Part shown: piece by piece, positions 40,914 to 50,773 of the stretch | How the letters are laid out: every line of letters begins with the position of its first letter | Position numbering within the stretch: position 1 is the first letter of the stretch | NCBI GenBank assembly: GCA_019358935.1 | Contig: JAHHIK010000030.1 | Span: forward strand, 1 to 64,000 | Reading direction: 5' to 3' | Length of the DNA: 64,000 nucleotides | Source of the DNA: Tolypothrix carrinoi HA7290-LM1 | GTDB lineage: Bacteria; Cyanobacteriota; Cyanobacteriia; Cyanobacteriales; Nostocaceae | The notes under the pieces: generated by a model | Seen by the model: the letters and a program-made list of their open reading frames with translations, nothing else | Databases searched by the model: none | What the model was told of the DNA's origin: nothing | Made by a program: the position numbers and the translations under genes

Positions 40914-41135
40914 TTACGCTTTCCATTCGGATTCTGGAATATCTGCACCGAGCATGATGTTACGTTGCGTTCCTATAGGTAAATCACGACCTTTGTGATA
41001 TGGTACAATTACCTGAAGTTGTCGGTCAATATTTCGCCATTTCCGATGACTACCTTTTTGAGAGACTAACTCAAAGCCGTAACGTTGCAAGATGCTTTCA
41101 ACTTCCAATGCATTCATTCTTTGAGTACGGCTCAT
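40914..41135 (-). CDS. hicA: HicA-family mRNA interferase toxin
   Basis: GF...QKGSH...VPYH. Confidence 0.88.
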   Translation of the reverse strand: MSRTQRMNALEVESILQRYGFELVSQKGSHRKWRNIDRQLQVIVPYHKGRDLPIGTQRNIMLGADIPESEWKA

Positions 41136-41341
41136 CCAATAGTAACCTCGCGTGTAACCGCTCCGGGTGCTAGTTTAATGAAGTCGGGTTCAAGATATAA
41201 TGCGATCGCTTCACGAATATTTTCTAAAGCTTCTTGCTCGGTTTCTCCTGCGGAAACGCAACCTGGTAACTCTGGACACCATACTGCCCATTCACCTGTC
41301 TCTAAATCTGGTTCAAGAATTACACGCCATTTCATTGTCAT
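41132..41341 (-). CDS. hicB: Short HicB-family antitoxin
   Basis: CPELPGCVSAGET..EALENIREAI; ATGA overlap with hicA. Confidence 0.88.
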   Translation of the reverse strand: MTMKWRVILEPDLETGEWAVWCPELPGCVSAGETEQEALENIREAIALYLEPDFIKLAPGAVTREVTIG

Positions 41342-41359
41342 ACCTCCTTGCTTTGATTT

Positions 41360-41391
41360 TAAACAAAGCTAGGATTAATTGATTGATGCTA
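41360..41391 (-). promoter_or_regulatory. 32-bp direct repeat, copy 1 (upstream of hicBA)
   Basis: TAAACAAAGCTAGGATTAATTGATTGATGCTA, identical to 42100-42131. Confidence 0.7.
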
Positions 41392-41450
41392 CTGGCACAT
41401 GAAGTGCGATCGCCTGTTTTAATTTTTCTCACGAGTGCGATCGCGCTCCT

Positions 41451-41837
41451 TCACCAGACATGTTTTACTGGATACTGGGCAATAACTGGATCACCTGTTA
41501 CCAAAACCGCATCCTCAACATTTGCTTGAGCAACCAACATCCGATCAAATGGATCTTTGTGCAGTATGGGTAAATTATCTAACGCGAATGCATGAGCTTG
41601 AGTAATTGGTAAAATTTCAATCTTGTTAGTCCGCTGTTGGCTTTCAACAATTTCTGCTAAAGGTAGATTTAGTTTTAGCTTGCCTAACTGAGTTTTGATC
41701 TGTATTTCCCAGATGCTTGTCACACTAAGAAGCAAAATACTTTTTTGGTCTTCGAGCAATGCCAAAGCTTGTTGTGATAATCTATTTGGGTCACTATCCC
41801 ACCAAATAAAGGTATGGGTATCCAATAAGAGCTTCAT
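41451..41837 (-). CDS. vapC: VapC/PIN-domain toxin
   Basis: MKLLLDTH, SIWE, HKDPFDRMLVAQA. Confidence 0.9.
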   Translation of the reverse strand: MKLLLDTHTFIWWDSDPNRLSQQALALLEDQKSILLLSVTSIWEIQIKTQLGKLKLNLPLAEIVESQQRTNKIEILPITQAHAFALDNLPILHKDPFDRMLVAQANVEDAVLVTGDPVIAQYPVKHVW

Positions 41838-42073
41838 GTACTTTGCGTCCAAAACTCCTCAGGTAACGGCTCATCAAAGTCATCACTTGTCCAAATTGTA
41901 CCAGCATGTAATCCTGCTTTACGGGGCGTTGTAGGTTGGGGAGCGATTGAAACTAAACGAGCTAAAGGTGTGTCACCCTCTGTTAGCACAATTTCTGTAC
42001 CTTCAAGCACTAGACATAATAATTCTCTTAAATTCGCTTGCGCTTCGTTCACGTCAACAGTTCTTATTTGCAT
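41834..42073 (-). CDS. Phd/YefM + DUF2281-type antitoxin
   Basis: EAQANLRELL..GTEIVLT..PLARLV..SDDFDEPLP; GGAGG RBS before ATG 42073. Confidence 0.85.
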   Translation of the reverse strand: MQIRTVDVNEAQANLRELLCLVLEGTEIVLTEGDTPLARLVSIAPQPTTPRKAGLHAGTIWTSDDFDEPLPEEFWTQST

Positions 42074-42099
42074 TGTTGCGATACCTCCAAGATTAATTC

Positions 42100-42131
42100 T
42101 AAACAAAGCTAGGATTAATTGATTGATGCTA
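42100..42131 (-). promoter_or_regulatory. 32-bp direct repeat, copy 2 (upstream of vapBC)
   Basis: Identical to 41360-41391. Confidence 0.7.
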
Positions 42132-42277
42132 TTCGCTCCGGCTCAGTATATACTTAGCTAGAATTTGTATGGCAAACAACATTAGTTCAAAAATCTGGCG
42201 CTGGAGGTATTGACTAGTTTACCGTTAATCTTGTTTACTAACTCCAGCCCTAATTGTTGCCGAAACTAAGGTTACTG

Positions 42278-43345
42278 ATGGAACGTCTAGAGTCATCAAA
42301 ACAGACTGAGCAAATTACACAAATGGATGCACAAAAAACTTCAGTTTCGGAGCATGAGGTGACAGCGATCGCTCCGATAGAATCTCCTAGAGATGAAAAA
42401 CCTGTATCGCGACCTCGCAACCGCAAACTGTTACCCTTTTTGATCGTAGGAGTAACGTTAGGTGCAGGGGCGATCGCTGCGGGAATTTATACTTACCGCT
42501 ATATGCAGTTTGCTAAATATCACCAGGTAACAGATAATGCTTATGTTTCCGCAGATATTTATCCTGTGAATTCCCGCATTGCTGGGGTAGTTATGGCAGT
42601 TGCCAGCAAAGATAACCAATCGGTAAAACCAGGGGAAGTATTAGTACAACTCGATCCCCGCGAATACCAAGTATCTTTAGCACAAGCAAAAGCCGATCTA
42701 GAACTAGCCAAGCAACAAGCAGAAGTGGCACGGCAAAATATCAATAATGTGGTGACAATTGATACGCCTGTTGTGCGTCCTCCTGTGGTAAATACGGCTG
42801 CTCAAGCCAAAATCGCAGCTAGCAGATCGCAAAGTATTAATCAGCAAATCGAGTTAAATCGGCAACAATACAAAACCGCACAAGCAGCGATCGCGCAAAA
42901 ACAGGCAGAATTAAAACAAGCTGAACTCCAGCTATCCTACACCAAAATTACTGCCATGCTCGGCGGTCAAGTTGGTAACAAAGATGTCCGAGTAGGTCAG
43001 CAGGTGCAACCAGGACAAACTCTGATGTCAGTTGTGCAGCCGAATCCTTGGGTTGTTGCTAACTTTAAGGAAACTCAGTTAGAAAAGATACGTCCGGGGC
43101 AAAAAGCCGAAATCAAAATTGCTGCTTTCCCCAGTCGCAAATTTATCGGCAAGGTAGATAGTATATCACCTGCCTCTTTTAGCAGGTTTGCCCCCACACC
43201 GCAAAATAGCCCCTCGGCTAATTCTAATAATAATACCGTGCAACGAGTTCCCGTGAAGATAATGCTTGAGCCTGAGAGTATTCGCGGTTATGAATCTCGA
43301 ATTGCTCCGGGAATAAGTGCAGATGTGACAGTGGAAACGCGATAA
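42278..43345 (+). CDS. HlyD/EmrA-family membrane fusion protein
   Basis: TM anchor, TDNAYV, lipoyl-like half motifs, ANFKETQL, VQRVPVKI. Start uncertain. Confidence 0.88.
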   Translation: MERLESSKQTEQITQMDAQKTSVSEHEVTAIAPIESPRDEKPVSRPRNRKLLPFLIVGVTLGAGAIAAGIYTYRYMQFAKYHQVTDNAYVSADIYPVNSRIAGVVMAVASKDNQSVKPGEVLVQLDPREYQVSLAQAKADLELAKQQAEVARQNINNVVTIDTPVVRPPVVNTAAQAKIAASRSQSINQQIELNRQQYKTAQAAIAQKQAELKQAELQLSYTKITAMLGGQVGNKDVRVGQQVQPGQTLMSVVQPNPWVVANFKETQLEKIRPGQKAEIKIAAFPSRKFIGKVDSISPASFSRFAPTPQNSPSANSNNNTVQRVPVKIMLEPESIRGYESRIAPGISADVTVETR

Positions 43346-43372
43346 ATCACAATTCATGTGCAGGCGATCGCT

Positions 43373-43960
43373 TTACCAAACTTTACTTGTATTCAATACA
43401 AAACCAGGTAAAATGCGATCGTCGCCACTTATGTTATCAGGATTTTCTAAACATTCCTCTGGTTGACCCGGACGATAAATATAGACTCTACGATTCTTGC
43501 GGTCAATCAACCAACCTAGCTGTATTCCCGGTTCCCTCATATATTCTTCCATTTTATCCTTCTTTGGTTGCAGGTTATCAGAAGCTGACCTGAGTTCAAT
43601 GACAAAATCAGGACAAATCGGTGCAAACTTTTGCTGCTGTTCGCTTGAGAGAGTATTCCAACGTTCTAATTTAATCCAGGAAACATCAGGAGAACGATTC
43701 GCACCCGTTGACAGTTTAAATCCTGTACTAGAGTCAAAACAAATACCCGTACCATCCTGCTCTGCCCAAATTCCTACCTGTAAAGCAATATTAAAGTTAC
43801 GATTTCCAGTTTCTGAACCAGTTGGGGGCATAATTGAGATTTCTCCAAGTTTATTCCGCTCAATGCGTAAGTCACGATTCACCTGACAGAACTCGAAGAA
43901 TTGCTCGTCTGTCATTTGCATTGATGGCGGAATTAATACGACAATAGGGGATGAAAGCAT
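43373..43960 (-). CDS. Uma2 (DUF820) family endonuclease-like protein
   Basis: FDSSTGF, RSPDVSWI, CPDFVIELRS, GWLID. Confidence 0.92.
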   Translation of the reverse strand: MLSSPIVVLIPPSMQMTDEQFFEFCQVNRDLRIERNKLGEISIMPPTGSETGNRNFNIALQVGIWAEQDGTGICFDSSTGFKLSTGANRSPDVSWIKLERWNTLSSEQQQKFAPICPDFVIELRSASDNLQPKKDKMEEYMREPGIQLGWLIDRKNRRVYIYRPGQPEECLENPDNISGDDRILPGFVLNTSKVW

Positions 43961-44272
43961 AATTTACTCCCTTTTTTATTTTTTATTTTCACTTTCTTTT
44001 AGCTTTTTTGGTAAATCTCAGGTAGGTTTACGCGAAATTTTGACTATAACAGGAATGAGCGCAAAACAGATCGTATTTAGCAGCAAAAAATAGTTCTAAA
44101 AATTTTTCTTTTTTTATCTCTTTATTTTTTACACAGAAGCACATTGTTGGCAGTTTCGAGTTGTAGGTTTTGGTGGAGTGGTGTATGGAGAGCGTCGGAT
44201 ATATTACACGGCTCTTGCTGCCCAAAAAGCGGGACATTCGTGGATTGAGAGGGGAGTTGATAGTGCAAACGC

Positions 44273-44785
44273 TCAACTTGTTCGAGTGCGGTCAGTATTG
44301 TTAAATAATTGAGCCACACCACAAGAACGCTCATCATTCCAAGAAATTTCAGAGAATTGGCTATTGGTGTATCGGTTGATAACCTTGCGCCAAAATGTTT
44401 GTGCATCTACATTCAAGTCTAGCTGTCGTACCTCCCACTGACTGGGAAACAAATCGAAAATGTCGGTCGCTACCCGATAGCCAATACCTTGTCTTCGGTA
44501 TTTGCGTAGAATAAAGAATTCACCCATATCCATAGTGTGTTCGTCTCCTGAAAGATGGCTGCGCCCGTCGGCAATGACAAATCCTGCGAGCGAGCCATCC
44601 ACCTTGACAAGAAACGGATGTCGCCAAGGCTCAGTCCAACAACCTTTAAGAGCGTCGTCCCCGAATCGACCATCATTCCCGACATCCCAGCCCATGAACT
44701 CACTAAAATCATAGAAATAAAGTTCTATCAAATGAGTCAAAATCGACTTATCTTGCGGACGGGCTTCAATGATTTCAATATTCAC
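44273..44785 (-). CDS. GNAT family N-acetyltransferase
   Basis: EFFILRKYRRQGIG; N..AQTFW. Confidence 0.88.
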   Translation of the reverse strand: MNIEIIEARPQDKSILTHLIELYFYDFSEFMGWDVGNDGRFGDDALKGCWTEPWRHPFLVKVDGSLAGFVIADGRSHLSGDEHTMDMGEFFILRKYRRQGIGYRVATDIFDLFPSQWEVRQLDLNVDAQTFWRKVINRYTNSQFSEISWNDERSCGVAQLFNNTDRTRTS

Positions 44786-44830
44786 GCTAGTTTCCTCTAA
44801 TATTGTTGAGACGGCTGAGAGTAATAGTAT

Positions 44831-45305
44831 CCCCCATTCCGCACCCTAAGTGTCGCACATGAATAAGATGAAGGAAAAGTAGTACAGAAAAACTAAAAAA
44901 AGAGTAGAAAACAATCACCCAATTGAGAATTATAAAGCGCGGCAGTCATGCGAAAGAGGATTTGCTTTTCTCAAAGACCCATCATTTTTTGCAAATAGCG
45001 TTTATCTTAAAAGACCGGAAAGAATCGAAGCATTGGCAATGATAATGGGTTTATGTTTGTTAGTCTATAAATTAGCGCAGCGACAAATACGTCTGGCTTT
45101 ATATGAGTCACGATTAACTGTTAAAAATCAGTTAGGTAAATCCATAGATAATCCTACCTTGAAGTGGATATTTCAATGTTTTCAATCAATTCATCTTGTC
45201 ACTTTTCATGAAGAAAAACAAATTTTTAATTGGAATCAAGAGAGAAATTTTATTCTAAATCTATTGCCTGAAGAATGCCAGCGTTATTATCGAGCGGTCA
45301 CATAA
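44831..45305 (+). mobile_element. Internally deleted IS1634-family remnant
   Basis: CCCCATTCCGCAC-type end followed within ~100 bp by the transposase C-terminus YKARQSCERGFAFLKDP.FFA.SVYLKRPERIEAL. Confidence 0.75.
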
Positions 45306-45312
45306 TTAATTA

Positions 45313-45536
45313 ACCTGAGTTCGGGTTAAGCCAGAAGCTAAAAAGCCTATTCTGTAAGGATTGAGCAAAATTCTAAGTGGTAAAAGAAGTGATTAAATTA
45401 GAATCATTTCGTCAATAAGGTTCACAAATGAGATTAATATCAACAACATGCCTTATTGAGAATAGATGAAAACAAAGCTTCAGACCGAACAACGAAAAAT
45501 CAAGGGTTTTGAGGATTTCTTATCCCGAACTCAGGT
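45313..45536. mobile_element. 224-bp MITE
   Basis: TIRs ACCTGAGTTCGGG(T/A)TAAG with one mismatch; TA on both flanks; non-coding interior. Confidence 0.8.
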
Positions 45537-45539
45537 TAA

Positions 45540-45567
45540 GTAGGGATAATTCATGAATTATCCCTAC
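45540..45567. repeat. Perfect 28-bp REP-like palindrome
   Basis: GTAGGGATAATTCATGAATTATCCCTAC. Confidence 0.85.
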
Positions 45568-45810
45568 GAGAATTAAGGAACTTGCAAGTTTTTTGCGCTC
45601 ATTCCTATACAAATTTCTGGAACTCAAGTTGTCCTTGTTGAATCTAATATCTAAGTAATTTTACTTTTTCTTTTTTTAGCTTAATAAGCAATTTAAACTT
45701 AGTTATCGTAATATTACTGATTTGATTTATTTAAATGTCAATTAGTATACAGTATTATTTAATTGAAGAATGCTGTCATCATTTTATTGTCCTAGATGGG
45801 GTGGACACCG

Positions 45811-46134
45811 ATGAAATCAGAAGGCAATCGCTATAATGAACTCGAACGTCGAGAAAAAGAACTGCGACAAAGAGAAGTTGAAATACGACTCCGGGAAATC
45901 GAAGCTGATATTTATGCTGACAATACACCGATTTATAAAACTGTTAAACATCAGCCAGAAAATTCTCGAAAACTTTTGACGAAAAAAGTTATTCTCGCTG
46001 GGAAGCTTGTCGCTATCGGTGTAGCAGCGTTGGTTGCGGTGAAGATAGCTTCAATTGTCGCAGGGATTATAATTGTCACTGCGCTGACGTGGATATCTTA
46101 CAAACTATTTTTTGATTCCAAAAAAAAGCCTTAA
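45811..46134 (+). CDS. Small coiled-coil/two-TM protein, first gene of the dynamin operon
   Basis: ELERREKELRQREVEIRLREIE followed by a hydrophobic hairpin. Confidence 0.7.
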   Translation: MKSEGNRYNELERREKELRQREVEIRLREIEADIYADNTPIYKTVKHQPENSRKLLTKKVILAGKLVAIGVAALVAVKIASIVAGIIIVTALTWISYKLFFDSKKKP

Positions 46135-46152
46135 ATTAGGGATGCAATCATC

Positions 46153-48228
46153 ATGAATCGTCAAGTTGATACTGACAAATTTCTCAACGATTTAGAGCGC
46201 GTTGCTCAAGTGCGCTCAGAAATTTCCGTTTGTTTGAGTAATATTGCTCTGACAATTACTAAAGCTGAATTAGACGGAAATACATCAGGAAAGCTTAGTT
46301 TAGAACGAGATATTGAAGATATTACGATAGCGAGTAAAAATCTGGAAAATGGTGTATTTCGGCTTTTAGTTTTAGGAGATATGAAACGCGGAAAAAGCAC
46401 CTTTCTCAACGCTTTGATTGGGGAAAATTTGTTACCGAGTGATGTGAATCCCTGTACCGCAGTCTTAACAGTGTTGCGATATGGTTCAGAAAAGAAAGTT
46501 ACTGTTCATTTTAATGATGGTAAAAGTCCTCAAGAACTTGATTTTCCCAGCTTTAAATATAAATATACCATTGACCCGACAGAAGCGAAGAAATTAGAAC
46601 AAGAGAAAAAACAAGCATTTCCTGACGTTGATTATGCAGTTGTAGAATATCCTTTACCGCTGTTAGAAAAAGGAATTGAAATTGTTGATAGTCCTGGTTT
46701 GAATGATACAGAAGCGCGAAACGAATTATCGTTAGGTTATATTAATAATTGTCATGCAATTCTCTTTGTGATGAGAGCGTCGCAACCTTGCACTTTGGGT
46801 GAGCGTCGCTATTTAGAAAATTATATTAAAGGTCGAGGATTGACTGTTTTCTTTTTAATCAACGCTTGGGATCAGGTGAAAGAATCATTGATCGATCCGG
46901 ATGATGAAGAAGAATTAAAAGCCTCTGAAAACAGATTGCGGCAAGTATTCAGCGCAAATCTGGCAGAATATTGTTATGTAGATGGACAAAATGTTTACGA
47001 AGAGCGTGTATTTGAGGTTTCGTCAATTCAAGCATTAAGACGACGCTTGAAAAATCCCCAAGCTGGATTAGAAAAAACTGGCTTTGGAGAGTTTATGGGA
47101 GCGCTGAATACTTTCTTGACTAGAGAACGTGCGATCGCCGAATTGCGTCAAGTTAGAACTTTAGCTAGAGGTGCTTGCAATCATACCCGCGAAGCAATTG
47201 AAAGGAGGATACCATTACTTGATAAAGATGTCAACGAATTGAAAAAAAGGATTGATTCAGTTGAACCGGAATTTAGTAAGCTGACAAATATTCGCGATGA
47301 ATTTCAAGCGGAAATTATCAAAACTAGAGATAATCAAGCGAGAGCGATCGCTGATTCTTTTCGCAGCTACGTTTTAAATTTAGGCAATACCTTTGAAACT
47401 GATTTCTTGCGCTATCAACCCGAATTAAATCTGTTTGATTTTCTCAGCAGCGGTAAGCGAGAAGCATTTAATTCTGCACTCCAAAAAGCCTTTGAACAAT
47501 ATATCACCGATAAATTTGCCGCTTGGACTTTAACCGCTGAAAATGAAATAAATGCAGCTTTCAAACAACTTACTCGCAGCGCTTCCCAATATGGTGCATC
47601 TTACAGTCAAGTGACAGACCAAATCACAGAAAAGCTAACTGGAGAAAAGGTAAAACTCAATTCTACCACTACTGAAGATGATAACTCCCCTGAATGGGCA
47701 AAATGGGCAATGGGATTATTATCTTTATCTAATGGAAACCTTGCCGGCTTTGCAATGGCTGGTGCCGGATTTGACTGGAAAAATATTCTGTTAAACTACT
47801 TTACTGTAATTGGTATTGGTGGGATAATTACAGCAGTCACAGGCGTTTTTCTCGGACCAATCGGATTTGCTTTACTTGGATTGGGTGTAGGATTTTTGCA
47901 AGCAGATCAAGCACGCAAAGAGTTAGTAAAAACCGCAAAAAAAGAGTTAGTAAAATATCTGCCGCAAGTAGCACAGGAACAATCAAAAACTGTTCATGAT
48001 GCAGTGAAAGAATGTTTTGACTCTTATGAACGAGAAGTGAGCAAGCGAATTAACGATGATATCGCTTCTCGCAAATCTGAGTTAGATAATTTGCTTCAGC
48101 AAAAAGAAACACGCGAGATAAATCGAGAAAGCGAGTTAAAGCGGTTGAAGAATTTGCAGGAAGATGTAATATTTCAATTGCAGAAAATTGAAGCAGCGTA
48201 TAGCAACTTATTAGCTTATTACAGCTAA
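46153..48228 (+). CDS. Bacterial dynamin-like protein (BDLP1-type)
   Basis: GDMKRGKST, DVNPCT, DSPG, NAWD; hydrophobic paddle; 691 aa. Confidence 0.92.
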   Translation: MNRQVDTDKFLNDLERVAQVRSEISVCLSNIALTITKAELDGNTSGKLSLERDIEDITIASKNLENGVFRLLVLGDMKRGKSTFLNALIGENLLPSDVNPCTAVLTVLRYGSEKKVTVHFNDGKSPQELDFPSFKYKYTIDPTEAKKLEQEKKQAFPDVDYAVVEYPLPLLEKGIEIVDSPGLNDTEARNELSLGYINNCHAILFVMRASQPCTLGERRYLENYIKGRGLTVFFLINAWDQVKESLIDPDDEEELKASENRLRQVFSANLAEYCYVDGQNVYEERVFEVSSIQALRRRLKNPQAGLEKTGFGEFMGALNTFLTRERAIAELRQVRTLARGACNHTREAIERRIPLLDKDVNELKKRIDSVEPEFSKLTNIRDEFQAEIIKTRDNQARAIADSFRSYVLNLGNTFETDFLRYQPELNLFDFLSSGKREAFNSALQKAFEQYITDKFAAWTLTAENEINAAFKQLTRSASQYGASYSQVTDQITEKLTGEKVKLNSTTTEDDNSPEWAKWAMGLLSLSNGNLAGFAMAGAGFDWKNILLNYFTVIGIGGIITAVTGVFLGPIGFALLGLGVGFLQADQARKELVKTAKKELVKYLPQVAQEQSKTVHDAVKECFDSYEREVSKRINDDIASRKSELDNLLQQKETREINRESELKRLKNLQEDVIFQLQKIEAAYSNLLAYYS

Positions 48229-48356
48229 CAAAAAACCTAACCCCCTAACCCCCTTCCCGGAATAGGGAAGGGGGGAAATCTTACTCCCCTCCCCTTGTAG
48301 GGGAGGGGTTGGGGGAGAGGTTTCTGTGGTTATGAGAAAACTACTGAAACTGTCTT

Positions 48357-50585
48357 ATGCAACAAAATGATGTGTACAAAAAACTTTCTGATTCTCTCAA
48401 GTCTGCATCTGCATTACTGAATTTAGAGCGCAAATCACAACTTTATCAAGATATAATTGCCATTTCCACCCACTTAGCAAATCCTAGCTTTCGGGTTGGG
48501 GTATTTGGTCCATTTAATCATGGTAAGTCAACTTTGCTGAATGCAATGTTGGGAAATCGCACTTTACCGATTGATTTGATTCCTACCACAGGTGCAGCGA
48601 TTACTGTCAAGTATGGTACTGACTTGCAAACTCGCATCATCTTGGTAGATGGTACAGAAATCTATCGCAGTGGAACGGAAATTTTAAAAGAATTCGCAAT
48701 TCTTGATAAGAACAGACAGATGCGAAAAGATGTTGCATCTGTAGAAGTTTTCTGTCCTCATCCTTTTTTACAAACGGGTGTAGAATTTATCGATTTACCG
48801 GGAACGAATGATAGAGAAGAACAAGATAATTTAGTGAAAGAGCAGCTATTAAGTGCAGATTTAGTAATACAATTACTGGATGCACGCAAGTTGATGACTT
48901 TAGGTGAGCGCGAAAATTTGCGAGATTGGCTATTGGATCGTGGGATTAAGACAGTGATTTTTGTCGCGAATTTTCTTAACTTACTCGAACCCGATGAACA
49001 AAAACAAGTCCAAAATCGTCTGTTGTTTGTCGCGGAAAGTTTTCGAGCGGAATTACCTCCAGGTTTTAGCAATTTATATCGCGTTGATGCTTTACCGGCT
49101 TTAAGAGCAAGATTAAAAGGTGATGTAACTCAAGCAAGTAGTAGCGGTTTAGTAGCTTTTGAATCAGCTTTGCAAAATATTGTAGCGATACTGCAACAAA
49201 ATCGCGGTGGTGTGCGTTTACCAAGAGTGCAGGCGATCGCTTCTAAAATTATACTATCATTAAAAGCGAAAATTGACCCTATCGCTAGTGAAATTAAATC
49301 TCTTGATGAAAAAAATAACGCCAAAATTGAAATTAAACAAAAAGCGGAAAAATTAATTCAAAAAGGCTTCAATACTAGCGTTGCTGAGTTACGCGATTGG
49401 CTATCTTTACCGAATTTGCTCACAAAATATCAAACTGATGCCGCAGTTGCCTTAGCAGAAAATAACTTTAAATCTTGGCAAGTAAGCACTTTAAAAAAAG
49501 ACTTGACAGAATTGCAATTAGCTGTAGTCAAATGGCTTTATCAAGCTTATGAATTCTTTCAACAAGAAAGACCAGAAGATTTATTAATTTGCTTCCCAAG
49601 CGTTCCCCAAATTACTTTACCTCCTAAACCGAGTAATGCCGATGATTTGAGTGAAACTGGTTCAATAGCCGTTGGTAGTGGTATTGGTTGGTTGTTAGGT
49701 GGACCCGTCGGAGCGGCTGTAGTTGGCAGTATTTCTTATATATTAAATAAGAATATACAAAAACAAGATGAAAAATCAGCAACCGAATCTTATCATCAAC
49801 AAGTTGCCCAAATTTGTATAACAGCAGCTGAGGATTATTTATCTCGTTTCAGCAGTCAAGGTTTATCGATATTAGCTGAGTATGAAAAGAAAGCTGATAA
49901 AGTAATTAAATTTGAAGTTGGTAAATCAGTCGAAATCACTAATAAACGTGAAGAATTGCAGCAGTTACAAAATGTGTTCAATCAGTTATTGCAAGAGTTA
50001 GAAAAAGCGAATATACCTTCAAATTATCAACCGTATCCAGATGGGGGAGATGAGGAGACTCTTAGACAGGGAGACAAGGGAGACAAGGGAGACAAGGGAG
50101 ACAAGGAGAATAATTCTTTCCCCCCATCCCCCCATCCCCCCATCCCCCCATCTCCCCCATCTCCCCCATCCCCCCCCTCCCCCCCTCTCCCCATCCCCCC
50201 CTCATCCCCCTCATCCCCCTCATCCCCCTCATCCCCCTCATCCCCCTCATCCCCCTCCCCAGAACAAGTTGAAGCGCAATTTCGCAGTTGGGAACTTGAT
50301 GAAGAAATAGCGCAAATGAAAGCGGAAATGGGTTCAACAGGGAAACAGCAGAATAAAACTCAAAGCAATAAAACTCAGGCAGAAAAAGACAAAATTACTC
50401 GCGCTTATGCAACTTTAGAAGTGCAACCTAATGCTTCATTTGCTGAAGTGAAACAAGCTTATCGAATTTTAGTAAAAAAATGGCATCCAGATTTATTTAT
50501 TGATAAGCCGCAGTTACAAAAAGAAGCGCAAGAGAAAATGCGGCTGATTAATGAAGCGTACAAAATATTATCTGAACAAAAATAG
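48357..50585 (+). CDS. Second dynamin-like GTPase with a C-terminal DnaJ domain
   Basis: GPFNHGKST, PTT, DLPG; C-terminal AYATL..VKQAYRILVKKWHPD..INEAY; STRR-encoded linker. Confidence 0.88.
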   Translation: MQQNDVYKKLSDSLKSASALLNLERKSQLYQDIIAISTHLANPSFRVGVFGPFNHGKSTLLNAMLGNRTLPIDLIPTTGAAITVKYGTDLQTRIILVDGTEIYRSGTEILKEFAILDKNRQMRKDVASVEVFCPHPFLQTGVEFIDLPGTNDREEQDNLVKEQLLSADLVIQLLDARKLMTLGERENLRDWLLDRGIKTVIFVANFLNLLEPDEQKQVQNRLLFVAESFRAELPPGFSNLYRVDALPALRARLKGDVTQASSSGLVAFESALQNIVAILQQNRGGVRLPRVQAIASKIILSLKAKIDPIASEIKSLDEKNNAKIEIKQKAEKLIQKGFNTSVAELRDWLSLPNLLTKYQTDAAVALAENNFKSWQVSTLKKDLTELQLAVVKWLYQAYEFFQQERPEDLLICFPSVPQITLPPKPSNADDLSETGSIAVGSGIGWLLGGPVGAAVVGSISYILNKNIQKQDEKSATESYHQQVAQICITAAEDYLSRFSSQGLSILAEYEKKADKVIKFEVGKSVEITNKREELQQLQNVFNQLLQELEKANIPSNYQPYPDGGDEETLRQGDKGDKGDKGDKENNSFPPSPHPPIPPSPPSPPSPPSPPLPIPPSSPSSPSSPSSPSSPSSPSPEQVEAQFRSWELDEEIAQMKAEMGSTGKQQNKTQSNKTQAEKDKITRAYATLEVQPNASFAEVKQAYRILVKKWHPDLFIDKPQLQKEAQEKMRLINEAYKILSEQK

Positions 50586-50773
50586 CTATTACCAAACTTT
50601 ACTCCTACTTAGAAGAAAACTATATAATACTAATACGATGTTGTCTAAAATAGTATTTTTTGCATGTAGAACAAAATCCTAGAGACGTTTTATCTGGATG
50701 TCTCTAGGATTCAAACAATATTAACTTTGGCAACTTGGTATAACTCCCCACTTATTGAGGTAAGGTTGCCAAT

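Noticed and set aside
42278..43345. EmrAB-type efflux operon
   Set aside because: No MFS/ABC partner is adjacent; only the adaptor gene is present.
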